Positions 28,636-40,472 of a stretch of DNA of 64,000 nt are shown here, piece by piece. The position numbers were made by a program, and so were the translations under genes. Every line of letters starts with the position of its first letter. The first letter of the stretch is position 1. The notes beneath the pieces were generated by a model. The model worked only from the letters and a program-made list of their open reading frames with translations, was not told where the DNA came from and ran no database searches. Source of the DNA: Callorhinchus milii (taxonomy: Eukaryota); contig NW_024704743.1 in assembly GCF_018977255.1 (NCBI RefSeq), forward strand, positions 74,154,001 to 74,218,000. The letters are read 5' to 3'.

Positions 28636-29223
28636 CGACCCCCAATTATCCTTCCTCCCCCACATCCGGTCCCTCACCAGCACCACTTTCTTCCACCTCC
28701 AACGCATCACCCGTCTCCACCAATACCTCTTTTCAAAAGCCGCTGAAACCCTGGTCCATGCCTTTGTCACCTCTCGGCTGGACTATTCAAATGCCCTCCT
28801 CACCGGTCTCCCCTCCACTACCATCCATAAAATCCAGATTATACAAAACTCTGCCGCCCGCATTCTCACCCGCACCAAACTCCACTCCCCGATTACCCCA
28901 GTCCTTGCCAGACTGCACTGGCTGATGCCCCAGAGAGGATCGACTTCAAGATCTTCACCTTGTCTTCAAATCCCTCCACTCCTCTGCACCCCCCTTCGGC
29001 CACTATGCCCCGACACTCTGGAACTCCCTTCCTCACTCCCTTCGCCTCGCTCCCTCTCTTCCTATTTGCAGTTCTCTGCTGAAGACCTTTCTTTTCTTCC
29101 GCACCTTTGGTCATCTTCCTCCCCCTCCCCCTGGCTCGGCCCCGGGATCCGTTACTGTGAAGCGCTCTGAGACGCCGTCCGGCGTGGAGGGCGCTATATA
29201 AATCCAAGTTGTTGATGTTGTTG
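28636..29223 (+). mobile_element. L2-clade LINE 3' fragment (internally deleted)
   Basis: FDPQLSFLPHI...AAETLVHAFVTSRLDYSNALL.GLP...IQNSAARILTRT...ITPVLARLHWL; ends GCGCTATATAAATCCAAGTTGTTGATGTTGTTG. Confidence 0.92.
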
Positions 29224-29843
29224 AAACACCTTCTACCTGCTTGCTCTACCTGCATGCTCTGCATATTTTTCATAAGCAGGTTTCTTTTCTGATTTGTGCA
29301 GAATTGTATTATGGAGCAACCTTTGAACATTACAACCTCAGATACAGTAAATGTATCACTTCAATGAAGAAGCAGCATCAGTCCAGGCAGCGTATTGCTA
29401 TCTCACACACGATTGATCGACTAAGCCTCAGGACTCACTCACTCTCTGTAAAGCACCATCTCCATCTAGTGGATACTACGTACATTTTATTACAACTACC
29501 AATGTGATGGAGTGTGTCTTCACACACTTTGTATACTGTGTTCTTAATCTTTAATTTTACAATCATTTGAAAACAAAAACATTTCCTGGAATGCTCAAAG
29601 TTTTAAAATTTGGTTGTTAATTGAACCAGTTAACTAAATACGTTAGAACCTTACAAGGAGTTATTAAACACGGTAAAAAGAATCATCTCCAAGACCCTCC
29701 GCAATTTCCAATGCCCAGGCTTGGACCCTGATACAGACACTTTCTCTCTCACCCCCAGACCTGCCGTACATACACACACACAAGTATACTCTCTCTGCTT
29801 CGCTCAGACACAACGCATTCACTGAGCCCCAGTCATGCACCCC

Positions 29844-29955
29844 TTCTCTCTCTCCCCCTTGCCTCTCCCTCACTCTCCCTGTCTCTCTCATTCAGTCACT
29901 CTCTCTCTCTCTCTCCATCTCTTTGTGTGTCTCACACTCTCTGTTTCTCTCTCAG
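29844..29955. repeat. Imperfect (CT)n microsatellite
   Basis: Direct reading. Confidence 0.8.
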
Positions 29956-30770
29956 ATACACTTTTTGTCCCGGCCATTCTGTTGCTTCATGTCCCGCACT
30001 CACTCCATCCCACCATTGGCACGCGAACTTTCAGTCATTCTATCCCTGTTCTCTGGAACTCCATCCCAGAGTCTGTCTGACTCACCCGTACTCTTCCTCC
30101 TCCCCATATTCAAAACCTAGCTAAAGACAGAAAAGAGAAGGGAGTTTCTCGCAGTGTCCTGGCCAACAATTTCCCTAATAAAATTGGTCATTCACTTCAT
30201 GGCTGTCTGCTTTTCGTGCGACATTGCTGAATGTAAATTGGTTACTATATTTGTTTACAAAATACAATCACTACACTTTACAGTGTATCTTGTGAAGTGC
30301 TCTAAGACGTCACCCGATGTGAAAGGCACTATATCAAATGTAATGATTATTCCTATTATAAAAACAATTTGGTTGCTTTGCATATTAATGCATCAAGCAC
30401 TCTGTCATACGGGGAATGGTTTCTGTTGGCTGACGAGCTTTTTTAAAGCCAAATCAGAGTAAGCTTTAATTACAGCCTCGGTTGGAATTTTTTTTGCAAA
30501 TGTCTGTTGGTAGTGTTCAACAGTTTATTGGTAATGCTAATATCTACAATTGATATAGTGCCTTTCATGTCAAGAGGACATCTCAAAGCGCTTCACAGGA
30601 TTTACTGTAAAGTGTAATTATTGTGTATTGACTAGGCAATTGAGGTAACCAATTTGTATACAGCAAATACTTCATGATTGCTGTATGTAATGTCCTACAG
30701 CAATCCTGAAGTCAATTACCATTTTATCCTGGGGATTGTTGCCCAGGAGAAACATCCTTTTGTTTTTGAA

Positions 30771-31430
30771 CACTGGTTAAACCTCAGCTAGAGTACTGTG
30801 TTCAGTTCTAGACACCACACTTCAGGAAGGATGTCAAGGTTTGAGAAAGTGCAAAGGAGATTTACCAGGATGGTACCAGAAATGAGAGACTTCAGTTATC
30901 AGGAGAGGCTAGAGAAGTTAGGAAGGTTAAGAGGAGACTTAATAGAAGTTTTCAAAATTATTAGGGGAATCGATAGAGTGAACAAGGAGAAATTATTTCC
31001 ACTGGCGGGTGGGTTGGTAACCTGAGGACACTGATTTAAAATAGCTGTTAAACGAAACAGAGGAGAGGTGAGGAGATATTTTTTACACAAGTTGTTTGGA
31101 TCTGGAATACATTGCCTGAAGGGTGGTGGAAGTCGATTCGATAAAAACTTTTAAGAGAGAAGTAGATAATTATTTGGGGAGGACAAGCTTGCAGGGTTAT
31201 GAGGAAAGAGCAGGGGAGTGGGATTGATTTGGATTGCTCTTTTCAAAGAGCGGGGAGTGGGATTGATTTGGATAGCTCTTTTCAAAGAGCGGGGCAGTGG
31301 GATTAATTTGGATAGCTCCTTTCAAAGAGCGGGGGAGTGGGATTAATTTGGATAGCTCTTTTCAAAGAAGCGGCACAGATACGATGTGCAGAATGGCCTC
31401 CTTCTGTGCTGGATAATTCTATGATTCTAT
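30771..31430 (+). mobile_element. CR1 LINE 3' fragment nested in a Deu-SINE
   Basis: EKVQRRFTRMVP...RLRGDLIEVFKIIRGIDRVNKEKLFPL; ends in ATTCTATGATTCTAT. Confidence 0.9.
31208..31366 (+). repeat. 4 x 39-40-bp tandem repeat in the CR1 3' UTR
   Basis: Units GAGC(R)GGGGAGTGGGATTRATTTGGATWGCTCTTTTCAAA begin at 31208, 31248, 31287 and 31327, with no spacers. Confidence 0.95.
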
Positions 31431-31910
31431 AAATAGTCTCACAGAATCTTTAGTGTCCACCTGAACCAGCAACCAGGATCTTAGTTTAACGTCTCGTCAG
31501 AAGGATGGCATCTCCCAACAATACAACACTACCCCACCACTGTATTGAATTGTCAGTCTAAAGTTATCTAAAGCAATTTGCGTGCATAGAACAAAGGGCC
31601 CCCAAACGTGATCTATTTTAGGGCCCCCAGATCCTTTATCCTGGCCCTGAAGATCGTATTTAAGAATTGGCCAAATTCTGGATACCCTGATATGATAAAA
31701 AAAATCTAAAAATAAAATCAATTAAAAAAACTTACATTTGATATATCTCTTTGCAGAGCAGGGATTTGTCTCTGCCATCAGGTGGATGATGTGCTATTGG
31801 AGTGGACAGTTCCAGGAGCTCTCATACCACAGACAAAATGAACTGAACAGCCTCACTCTGCTGTTCTCCCAATGGGTCGACTTCGCTCTAGCACATCCCG
31901 GGAGGGGGAT

Positions 31911-32240
31911 ACCTTAGACAAGTTTCCTTACTCCACATGCCTGTTTACCTAGCTGTAAGTAGGAACCCGGTTGTTAGTTGATTGTCGGATCACTTTCCGG
32001 AGGTAATAATCAATTCAAAAATGAATAAATAATAATAATTTGGTCATTCAATCCATGACTGTTTGTGGGACACTGCTGTGCGCAATTGGCTGCCGCGTTT
32101 CATCCACAAAATATACACTTAATTCACTTTACAGTCTATTCTGTGAAGCGCGTTGAGATGAGTAGAAGACGAGATAAGGTGCTATATCAAATGCAAGGAT
32201 TATTATTATTATATCAAATGCAAGGAATATTATTATTTAT
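31911..32240 (+). mobile_element. Long-form SINE without head, with duplicated tail
   Basis: ACCTTAGACAAGTTTCCTTACTCCACATGCCTGTTTACCTAGCTGTAAGTAGGAACCCGG, continuing to the tail. Confidence 0.88.
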
Positions 32241-33825
32241 TCTTCCATGTGCAAACCTTGGCACTTAGATATACATGGTGTCATGGCCAAACTTGACCTC
32301 CCCTCACCCAGCTGCCAAAGACACGCACAGATGACTATCAGATCCAATTGAGCATAGCTATCATCTTTGCTTTTTGTTTTTTAATTTCTAATTGTACCTT
32401 GTGCCACAAGAGGGCTCACTTCCCCCATTGAAAGTCTTATTGCATCAAGTCTTGTTATCATGGCTCATTTGAGGCTGACGAATAGAACATGAGCCCCGCA
32501 AGCAGACATTCAAAATGAAACAAAAAATTATGCAAAGATGTCATTTTATACATTAGCCCTTATTCTTGATCCTCCTATCAGATTGATTTATAAAAATTGT
32601 AACCTCCCAATCCTGATTGATTATACATGTTCCATTTTCGTAGCATTAGTACAACATTTAACAACGTTGTTAAAAGTCACACTTTTTTAAGGCACCCAGT
32701 GTCACATGCAAAAAATCAGTCCCCATGCTTAAAACCAGACTCAGATTTCCACATGTGTATGTAACCTACACATGGACATTTCCCTTTGCCTGGAGAGCAT
32801 TGTGTGGAGGTTGACAAGAGTGAAAGCTTGGGCACCCCAACAACAACAACACCTTGCATTTCCCAGAGAGCTTGACAGTGGTGGAGCACAATCCCGAGCT
32901 GGTGGGAGGTGACTGTAGACACGGTCGAAGAGGAAGATCTTCAAGCGCGATCTGAAGAAGGGATAGGAAGGGGCAAGGCAGAGGGATAGAGGAAGAGTGT
33001 TTCAGAGTTTTGGTGCTTAACGTCTGAAAGCGAGGCCATTGATGGTGGAACCCATCATATACAGAATATTCATATTCATAGTATACAGATAATACATTGG
33101 GTTACTACTGGAGTTTAATCAGCTAAAACTCCAAAATACAAGGATGTTATGTTATATTTGGTTCTTTTTGCTGTTGTATTTTTGTCATTTTGTCCTGTTT
33201 TGTTGAAACACTAGAGGAGTCAGAGAATCACTCAGGAATGAGGCTGGTGTCCTGATTTAGATGTTGACAACAATTCAGTTTACCTGAATATCTCTGTCAC
33301 AAATGATTCATTGTGACCTGGATTTTCCTGCAAATTCCCTTTGCGCTGCCCAATAAAAAGAAGCATAGTGTGAGACAACTCAGTGTGCCTTAGGGCTGCT
33401 CACCATGGGCCCTATTAGCGGAGAGACAGATAATGCTCAAAGATTCTATTCATATTTCTGTTCCCAATCATAAATCCAATTATTCTCAAGAGCTTTTTGT
33501 CTTCATAGAAGTGAATATAGTGACAAAGTTCTCAAGTCTAACCAAGGGGTTTCTGGAAACATTTCTGTCGCAAAAAAAGTTTTATTTGATTACTTTCCTT
33601 GGAGGTTGAGTGAAGCCTTGGAGCTGAGCTGTTCACCTGCTTGGCAATAGAATGTTATAATTGAGTTAACCCTCTGTAGCAACAACTTGCATGTATATAG
33701 CTCCCTTCACGCCGGACGCCGTCTCAGTGTAGTCCAGTTGCTGAGCCAGCTGGGTCCGTAGGACTCCAGGGTATTGCTAAGGATACACCAGTCAGCCTGA
33801 CACATCAGCACGACTTGTAGGGGAA

Positions 33826-34181
33826 GGGATTCTTCCCACTCATCTACTGTTAATCCAGCAAACCAAAGCCTAACCTAGGATGGTCTTGGACAAACAGCGG
33901 GAAACTTCTCAGACAGTGCTCTTGATGGCAAGCTATGTGATTTTAGCCGGTTAGACTCCAGCAGTACGCCAAAGCACACTCCGGGGTTTCCAAGCCTTGG
34001 CTCCTGCCAATCTGTGCCTAATACTCTCCAGAATTAGGTAAGCAGGGTGAGTCTCGCCAGGGAGAGAGTGCGTATTCCATTCTAAACACAGGGACCATGG
34101 CCACGTGTAGATGACTGCACATGTGGAACTCAGTCTGATTTGGATGTTCTTAAGCATGTGTCAGACACCCGGCTGACCAAA
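33826..34181 (-). repeat. Unclassified interspersed repeat, copy 2
   Basis: Shares TTTTGGTCAG..GTGTCTGACACATGC, CTTACCTAATT, GAGCCAAGGCTTGG and GTACTGCTGGAGTCTAACC.GCTAAAA with copy 1. Confidence 0.85.
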
Positions 34182-34989
34182 AATAAATGTTGGTTATGCT
34201 GCATTTGGGATATATGGTGTCGGGTTAGATACCCTGTGAAGCCTCTCAGTATTCTTGTTTTGAGGCAAGTTGTTGGTACTTTGGCAATGGCACAGAATAA
34301 AAACTTTTATTTGTAGACCAGTCCTAAACATGTAGATATCTACATATATAGTTAAATACTTTAAGAGGTAATTACGCAAATCCTGGAAATTGAGGAATAT
34401 AAAACGTCTTGGGGAAAAGGCAGTGGAAGAGACTAAACACATCGCTTTTACAGAGTATTGGAGACACAGTGACTGACTGGACTCCTCTGTGCTGAAATGT
34501 TCTATGATTCTAGTTTTTTTCCAAGCCAATTTGTTTATGAACTCTGCAATTGTCATCAAAATATGATCAAGGTGCTATATATCATAATAACCATTATGTA
34601 AAACATTTCTTCCAATCTCCACATTACACCAATGGAATAATCGTGTGTGTACAACAATAATAATAATGATAATAATAATAATAATGCTTGCATTTAATGT
34701 AGTGCCTTATCATGTCATTGAGACGCCTCAAAACACTTGCAGGATGTACTTGAATATACCAGCCAATTTGCAGATAACAATATCTCATAAACAGCCATGA
34801 AGTCTGTAATACATTTTTATTTGGTAGATTTGGCCAGGATACCAAGAAAAACTCCCTTCTCTTTTGATATACAGTAATGCATAGGATCTTTGTCGACCTG
34901 AACAGATAAATGGGACCTCTGACAAAGCAGCGCTTTTATATCTTCTGATTGCATATTCACCGGCTCGTGGAAGTAATCTGATGCTATTA

Positions 34990-35372
34990 GATCATCTTGT
35001 CCTTACTTTCAAATCCCTCTATGGTTTCGCCTACTCTAGCTTTGTGACCTCTTGCAAACCTACTGCCCTGGCTGCTCCCTCCACTCACCAAACACCAACC
35101 TGCTTCATGTCTCCCACCCAGTCCATCCTATCTTTGGTGGGGAGCTTTCAGCCTTTCTGTCCCCTGCTCTCTGCAACTGCATCCCTTCTGCCTTGCCCTT
35201 CACACCCTCAAAGCCTGTCTTAAGACCTATCTTTTCGACTACTCTTTTCATCAAGCTTTATTCCCCCTCCTCCCAGCTCCCTCCCCCTCCTAGCTCAGGC
35301 TCCGAGACAACTGTATGAAGCTCTTTGAGATGTTTCCACCTCAAAAGATGCTATGTAAGTGTGAATTGTTGA
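34990..35372 (+). mobile_element. Older L2 3' fragment
   Basis: CTTGTCCTTACTTTCAAATCCCTC start, pyrimidine-rich body and TGAAGCTCTTTGAGATG...TGAATTGTTG tail. Confidence 0.7.
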
Positions 35373-35829
35373 TGCAAGTTCTGAAATAATTTGGGGGCTC
35401 TGAGCATCCAAGAAAATGAATGACAGAGCTCTTGCCTGGGCTTAAGTAGTGCATGGTTTTCAGTTGTTCTTAGCTATTCACCAAGGAAACCATTCTATGA
35501 TTTTACACTAGGATCATTGGAAAACATGTGCTCACATCTACTTGCTGCTTTGGATAGACAGAATCGTGCGATGATAGCTGGTTAAAGTTTAATAAGTATC
35601 CTGACAAGAGAGACTGAAATGAATATCTAACGTGCTGTAATGTGCTTTTTGGCATGCTGCCAAACACTAGCTTCAATAACTTAGTTTCTGTTTACTGTTT
35701 GCCAAGTTGTATTAATTATAAGATCTGTATTCAGAATTATTTCTTTAATGCAAGAGCAGCGTAAAAAGAGTACAACATAGTTGTGGTTATCATAGGATCA
35801 CAGAATTTGCAGCATAGGAATACTACTGT

Positions 35830-36202
35830 AATAATAGTAATATAATAAAAATAATCCTTGCCTTTGATTAGTGCCTTATCACGTCATTGAGACATCTCAA
35901 AGCGCTTCACAGAATATATTGTAAAGTGAATTGACTGTATTTTGTGGGTGAAACACGATAGCCAATTGCGCACAGCAGTGTCTCTCAAACAGTCGTGGAT
36001 TGAGTGACCAAATTATTTTTATTTATTTTGAAGAAATTATTACCCCTGGAAAAGTGATCCCCCAATCGACTAACAACCACGTTCCTACTTACTGCTAAAT
36101 AAACAGAGGCGTGTCAAGTAAGGAAACTTGTCTAAGGTTTCACCCTGCCCGGGAAACAAACCTGGGTCCTTTTGCTTGCGAGGTGAGTGTGCTAACCGCT
36201 AC
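35830..36202 (-). mobile_element. tRNA-Ala-derived SINE, long form
   Basis: Reverse complement colinear with 59879-60245. Confidence 0.88.
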
Positions 36203-36480
36203 ACAATAATAACCTTTAATTTTTGATATAACGCCTTTCACATCAGTAGGACATCTCAAAGCTCTTCACAGAAGTAAATTAACTGTGTATTTGTAGATGA
36301 ACATGAAAGCCAGTTGTGCCTAACAATGTCCTACAAACAGCCATGAAGTCAATGACCAATCTTATCGAGGGGGATTGTTGGCCAGAACATCGGGAGAATC
36401 CCTTTGTCTTCTTGAATAATATCATGGGGTCTTTCATGTCACCTGAGCAAGCATAAGGGACCATGGTTTAACATTTTATC

Positions 36481-36668
36481 TTAGCCTCCTTCAAGTCCCG
36501 CCTCAAAACTCTCCTCTTCAACCATATCATCTGTCACCCCCCCTTCCCGTCCTCTCCCTTCTCCCTCCCTGACCCCAGCTTGGGTCTGAAATGCTGTACT
36601 TTGTCCAGCGCCTTGGGACGTCCTCCCGCCATGAAAGGCGTTATACAAATGTAATATTGTTGTTGTTG
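36481..36668 (+). mobile_element. L2 3' fragment nested in a Deu-SINE
   Basis: CCTTCAAGTCCCGCCTCAAAAC...GCGCCTTGGGACGTCCTCCCGCCATGAAAGGCG...TTGTTGTTGTTG, flanked by the two halves of a minus-strand SINE. Confidence 0.85.
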
Positions 36669-37208
36669 AACAATGGCATCTCCAACAATGCATTCAGCCT
36701 CAGCGTCTGAATTCTAGTGTCAATTTAGATTTTGTGAATTCAAAATCCCAATGTGGAGCTTGAGCAAACAACCTTTTGACTCAGAAGCGAGAGTGCTATC
36801 AACTGAGCCAGAATGATAGGAAGGTATCATTGAGCCTAACTTGGTGGTAGGAAACCTACTGGAGCTAACTGCTGTACTCTGGTTCCAATTCCCTTTCCTA
36901 TAACCTTTTATTTATTTCCTCTTCAAATATTTATCAAATTGCTTTTTAAACATTGCTAACCTCCATAGCAAGACATCCTTTCGTGAAAGTAAAAGCAGCT
37001 ACTGTTGATTTTATGCGGTAAGATGAATATCTTTGTTATTATTTTCACTCCAGTTTTATCAACCTCTATCTTTGTAATATTGCAAATCAGATATCAAAGT
37101 ATGCTCAGGACATATGCATTGCTTATAACTATCAATTGAACCTACAATGTGATGGAGGTCTTGAGACCACTCTCTGGTGCATGTTATTTCACTGTTTCCA
37201 TTTATCTG

Positions 37209-37252
<44 letters not shown>

Positions 37253-37479
37253 CCTTGCATTTGATATAGCGCTTTTCACGTCGGGAGGACGTCCCAAAGC
37301 GCTTCACAGAATACACTGTAAAGTGTAGTGACTGTATATTTATGGGCGAACGCGGCAGCCAATTGCGCATAGCAATGTCCCACAAACAGTTGTGGGTTGA
37401 AAATGACCAATTTATTATTGTTGTTTGTTTTGGAGGGATTATTGTCAGGCGGTGGAGTAAGGAAACTTCCCCGAGGTTT
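37209..37479 (-). mobile_element. Short-form SINE lacking the tRNA head, with long (TTA)n tail
   Basis: Reverse complement matches 56398-56653; about 14 TAA units at 37209-37252. Confidence 0.9.
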
Positions 37480-38154
37480 TTATTTAGAAAGGTGGGTTTT
37501 GGAAGACACAAGGTATCAGTGAACTGCATCTTGTAATAATAGTGGCATTTAATATTTTTTAGGCATCTGAGTTCAAATCACATAATGAATACACATACTA
37601 AGTAGCAAAAAGAAATTGTGAAATCATTGCCTCATGTTTGTAAGCACAAGAGAAAGTATGAGAGGAGTAAAGGATATCAAACTCACTCTTTACCACTCCT
37701 TCGAAGCTCAGTAAGGTTATCCAATGTGTAGATGTATCATACAGACCACAGAAGTCTTGGGTTTGATTCTCAGTCCGTGCTGACCTTAGATGATCTAAGG
37801 AGTGTCACAATTGGCCCCAGTCTCACTGGTTTAGCAGAGAATTTGACTCTCCATTTATTCTGTCAATTTTCCAGTGCGTGCTTTGTCATCCTTATTGTAA
37901 ACATGTGTATAATAAGTCTGCTCGTTCCCACTCCAGAATTCCATGACCCCATATTTATAATCTGAGGATTAGTTTGTATTTGAGAAGATCACCTGTAACG
38001 TTAGGTTTAAGACATGCTCTTCCTCTAGTGAAGGCAACTTGTACATAATTTGTGGACAGACTGGGGGTTGGAGTGGGGGGGAGGTTCCAATCCCATCAAT
38101 TACAGGTCTAACAAACTGATACATTGATCTACATTTAAATCCATCTGTTTAACA

Positions 38155-38595
38155 CAACAACAACAAGATTCCATTTATTGAGAGCCTTTCACGTCGGGAG
38201 GACGTCCCAAGGCGCTGTACAGTTGGGTCAGGACCCGAGCAGGGGGGAAATGGTCAGGGTGAGGGGAGGGAAGGGAGGGAGCGAGGAGGGGGTAGAGAGT
38301 CGAGAGGGGAGCTGAAGGCACGGTCAAAGAGAAAGGTCTTGAGACCGGCCTTGAAGGAAGAAAGGGAGGAGGTGAGGCGAAGGCACTGGGGGATAGAGTT
38401 CCAGAGCCTCGGGGCTGAGAGGCTGAAGGCCCGGTCACCGATGGTAGGGCGGTTGGGGCGGGGGATGTGGAGCAGACCGGGGACAGAAGAACGGAGGGTA
38501 CGGGCAGGTAGGTAGGGGGATAGTAGGTCGGAGAGGTAGGAGGGAGCAAGGCCGTGAATGGCCTTGTAGGTGAGGATGAGGATCTTGAATTCGAA
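38155..38595 (-). mobile_element. L2-clade LINE 3' fragment (young, CpG-rich)
   Basis: Colinear with 39358-39775; tail GCGCCTTGGGACGTCCTCCCGACGTGAAAGGC...CTTGTTGTTGTG. Confidence 0.9.
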
Positions 38596-39357
38596 TTTAA
38601 ATCATCTGCTTAATCAGTTTGGGACCATTTGGATGTTGTTTGTATGTACATACTTGTACTAGTTATATGATCACATTGAGAAATCAATATGCAGTTTATT
38701 GCCAAAAAATGCTAGGGTCAATCTTTTATTCTGAGGACATTATAATCTTCAATAATTATGTTTAATTTCGCATATATGAATTTTAATCTGTAATTTCTTC
38801 ACTGCTGGATGCCATGGAATATTTATTATTTAGTGATTCACAGGCACTAAGTACTGCCTTCAGATTCCTCTGACATGGTGCAGTTAGTTGGTGCATACTT
38901 GCTTAAGATTCTAATGCATTTTACACAATTGATGTTTAGGTGAATTTCTACAGTGACTTCTGATCGCTATTGAACTGCCCAGCAACAGTTCATTTCTCAT
39001 CACTGTGATCTGGAGTAATGCTGGACTAATGGAAGAATAATTTCCTTCTTTTGCACGTGCTTTGATAGCATCAAGTAGAAACTTAAGTCACCTTGGAATT
39101 GAGACACTTGACCTTTCTCAATAACTCCAGTGTTGCTGCTGGTATTAACAGATGGCAGGAAAGGGGCTATTCATAAGAAACTGTTGTTTTAGGATGTCAG
39201 AATGTGACATTAATGAAGGAATGTATTTTATAAAAAAACACTAGGCTTCTTGCATCACTGGGATGAGGAAAATGTCATCAATGGAAGGCAATTTGCAAGG
39301 GTTGAATAGTGGAGATGTGGGGATGGATGTTTTGCTCACAATTGAGATGCCATTGTT

Positions 39358-40010
39358 CAACAACAACAACAAACTTACATTTATAGAGTGCCTTTCACAT
39401 TGGGAGGATGTCCCAAAGTGCTGAAGAGTCAGGTGTCGGGGCCCGAGCATGGGGGAGGGGTGGTGAGGGAAGGCGGAGAGGTGGGAGGGAGACCAAAGGC
39501 ACGGTCAAAGAGAAGGGTCTTGAGACTGGCCTTGAAGGAGGCAAGGGAGGAAGCGAGGCGAAGGGACCATGGGATGGAGTTCCAGAGTGTGGGGGCAGAG
39601 AGGCTGAAAGCCCGGCCACCGATGGTAGGGCAGGTCGGGCGGGAGACATGGAGCAGACCGGAGCCCGATGAACGGAGGGAGCGGGCAGGTTGGTAGGGAG
39701 TCAGCAGGTCAGAAAGGTACTGGGGGGCAAGGTCCTGGATGGCCTTAAAGGTGAGGACGAGGATCTTGAATTCGATCCTCTGGGGGATGGAGAGCCAGTG
39801 GAGTCAGGCGAGGGTGGGAGTGATGGGGTCGCGGAGCCTGGTGCGTGAGAGTACATGAGCTGCAGAGTTTTGGATGATCTGCAGCTTGTGAAAGGAACAG
39901 TTGGGAAGGCCGATGAGGAGGGAGTTCCCGTAATCGAGCCTTGAGGTGACGAATGCGTGGGTGAGGGTTTTGGCAGCCTGAGGGGTGAGGCAGTGGCGGA
40001 GGTGGTGGTA
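39358..40010 (-). mobile_element. L2-clade LINE 3' fragment
   Basis: Minus strand AAKTLTHAFVTSRLDYGNSLLIGLP...IQNSAAHVLSRTRLRDPITPTLA; (TTG)n tail at 39358-39371. Confidence 0.92.
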
Positions 40011-40160
40011 AGCAGAAGCATTACAATACCAAAGGGCACTAAGTTTTGCACACAACAATGTCACACAAACAGCTATGAAGTAAATATCTAATTTTATTTG
40101 ACCAATTGTTGGCGAGGACACTTCCTTTTCTTTTCAAATTGTGCTATGGGATCTTTATAT

Positions 40161-40472
40161 ATAATAATAACACTTGCATTTGATATAGTGTCTTATCATG
40201 TCGTTGAGATGTCTCAAAGCCCTTCGCAAAATGTACTGTGAAGTAAATTGACTATATATTTTGTGGGCGAAACACAGCAGCCAATTCCTCACAAGTGTTC
40301 CACAAATAGTCGTGGATTGAGTGACCAAATTATTTATTTATTTTTTAAGGGATTATTCCCCCCGGAAAGCGATTCGACAATCGACTAACAACCGGGTTCC
40401 GACCTCCTGCGAGCTAAACAGAGGCGTGTGGAGTAAGGAAACTTGCATTAGGTTTTGCCCTGCCCAGGAATC
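40161..40472 (-). mobile_element. Long-form SINE, 5'-truncated
   Basis: Contains CTAACAACCGGGTTCC and GTGTGGAGTAAGGAAACTTGC. Confidence 0.85.

Noticed and set aside
31208..31366. CRISPR-like array of ~40-bp repeats
   Set aside because: Units are contiguous with no spacers, lie inside a CR1 3' UTR in vertebrate DNA, and there are no cas genes.
37059..37529. Recurrent ORFs with [23 protein letters not shown] or [12 protein letters not shown] (also 7343, 47370, 56402, 32065)
   Set aside because: Translations of SINE bodies and (TTA)n tails, not a protein family.
37705..37835. Old tRNA-like SINE family (similar pieces at about 1465, 3640 and 28100)
   Set aside because: Too degenerate to set boundaries or assign a family by eye.
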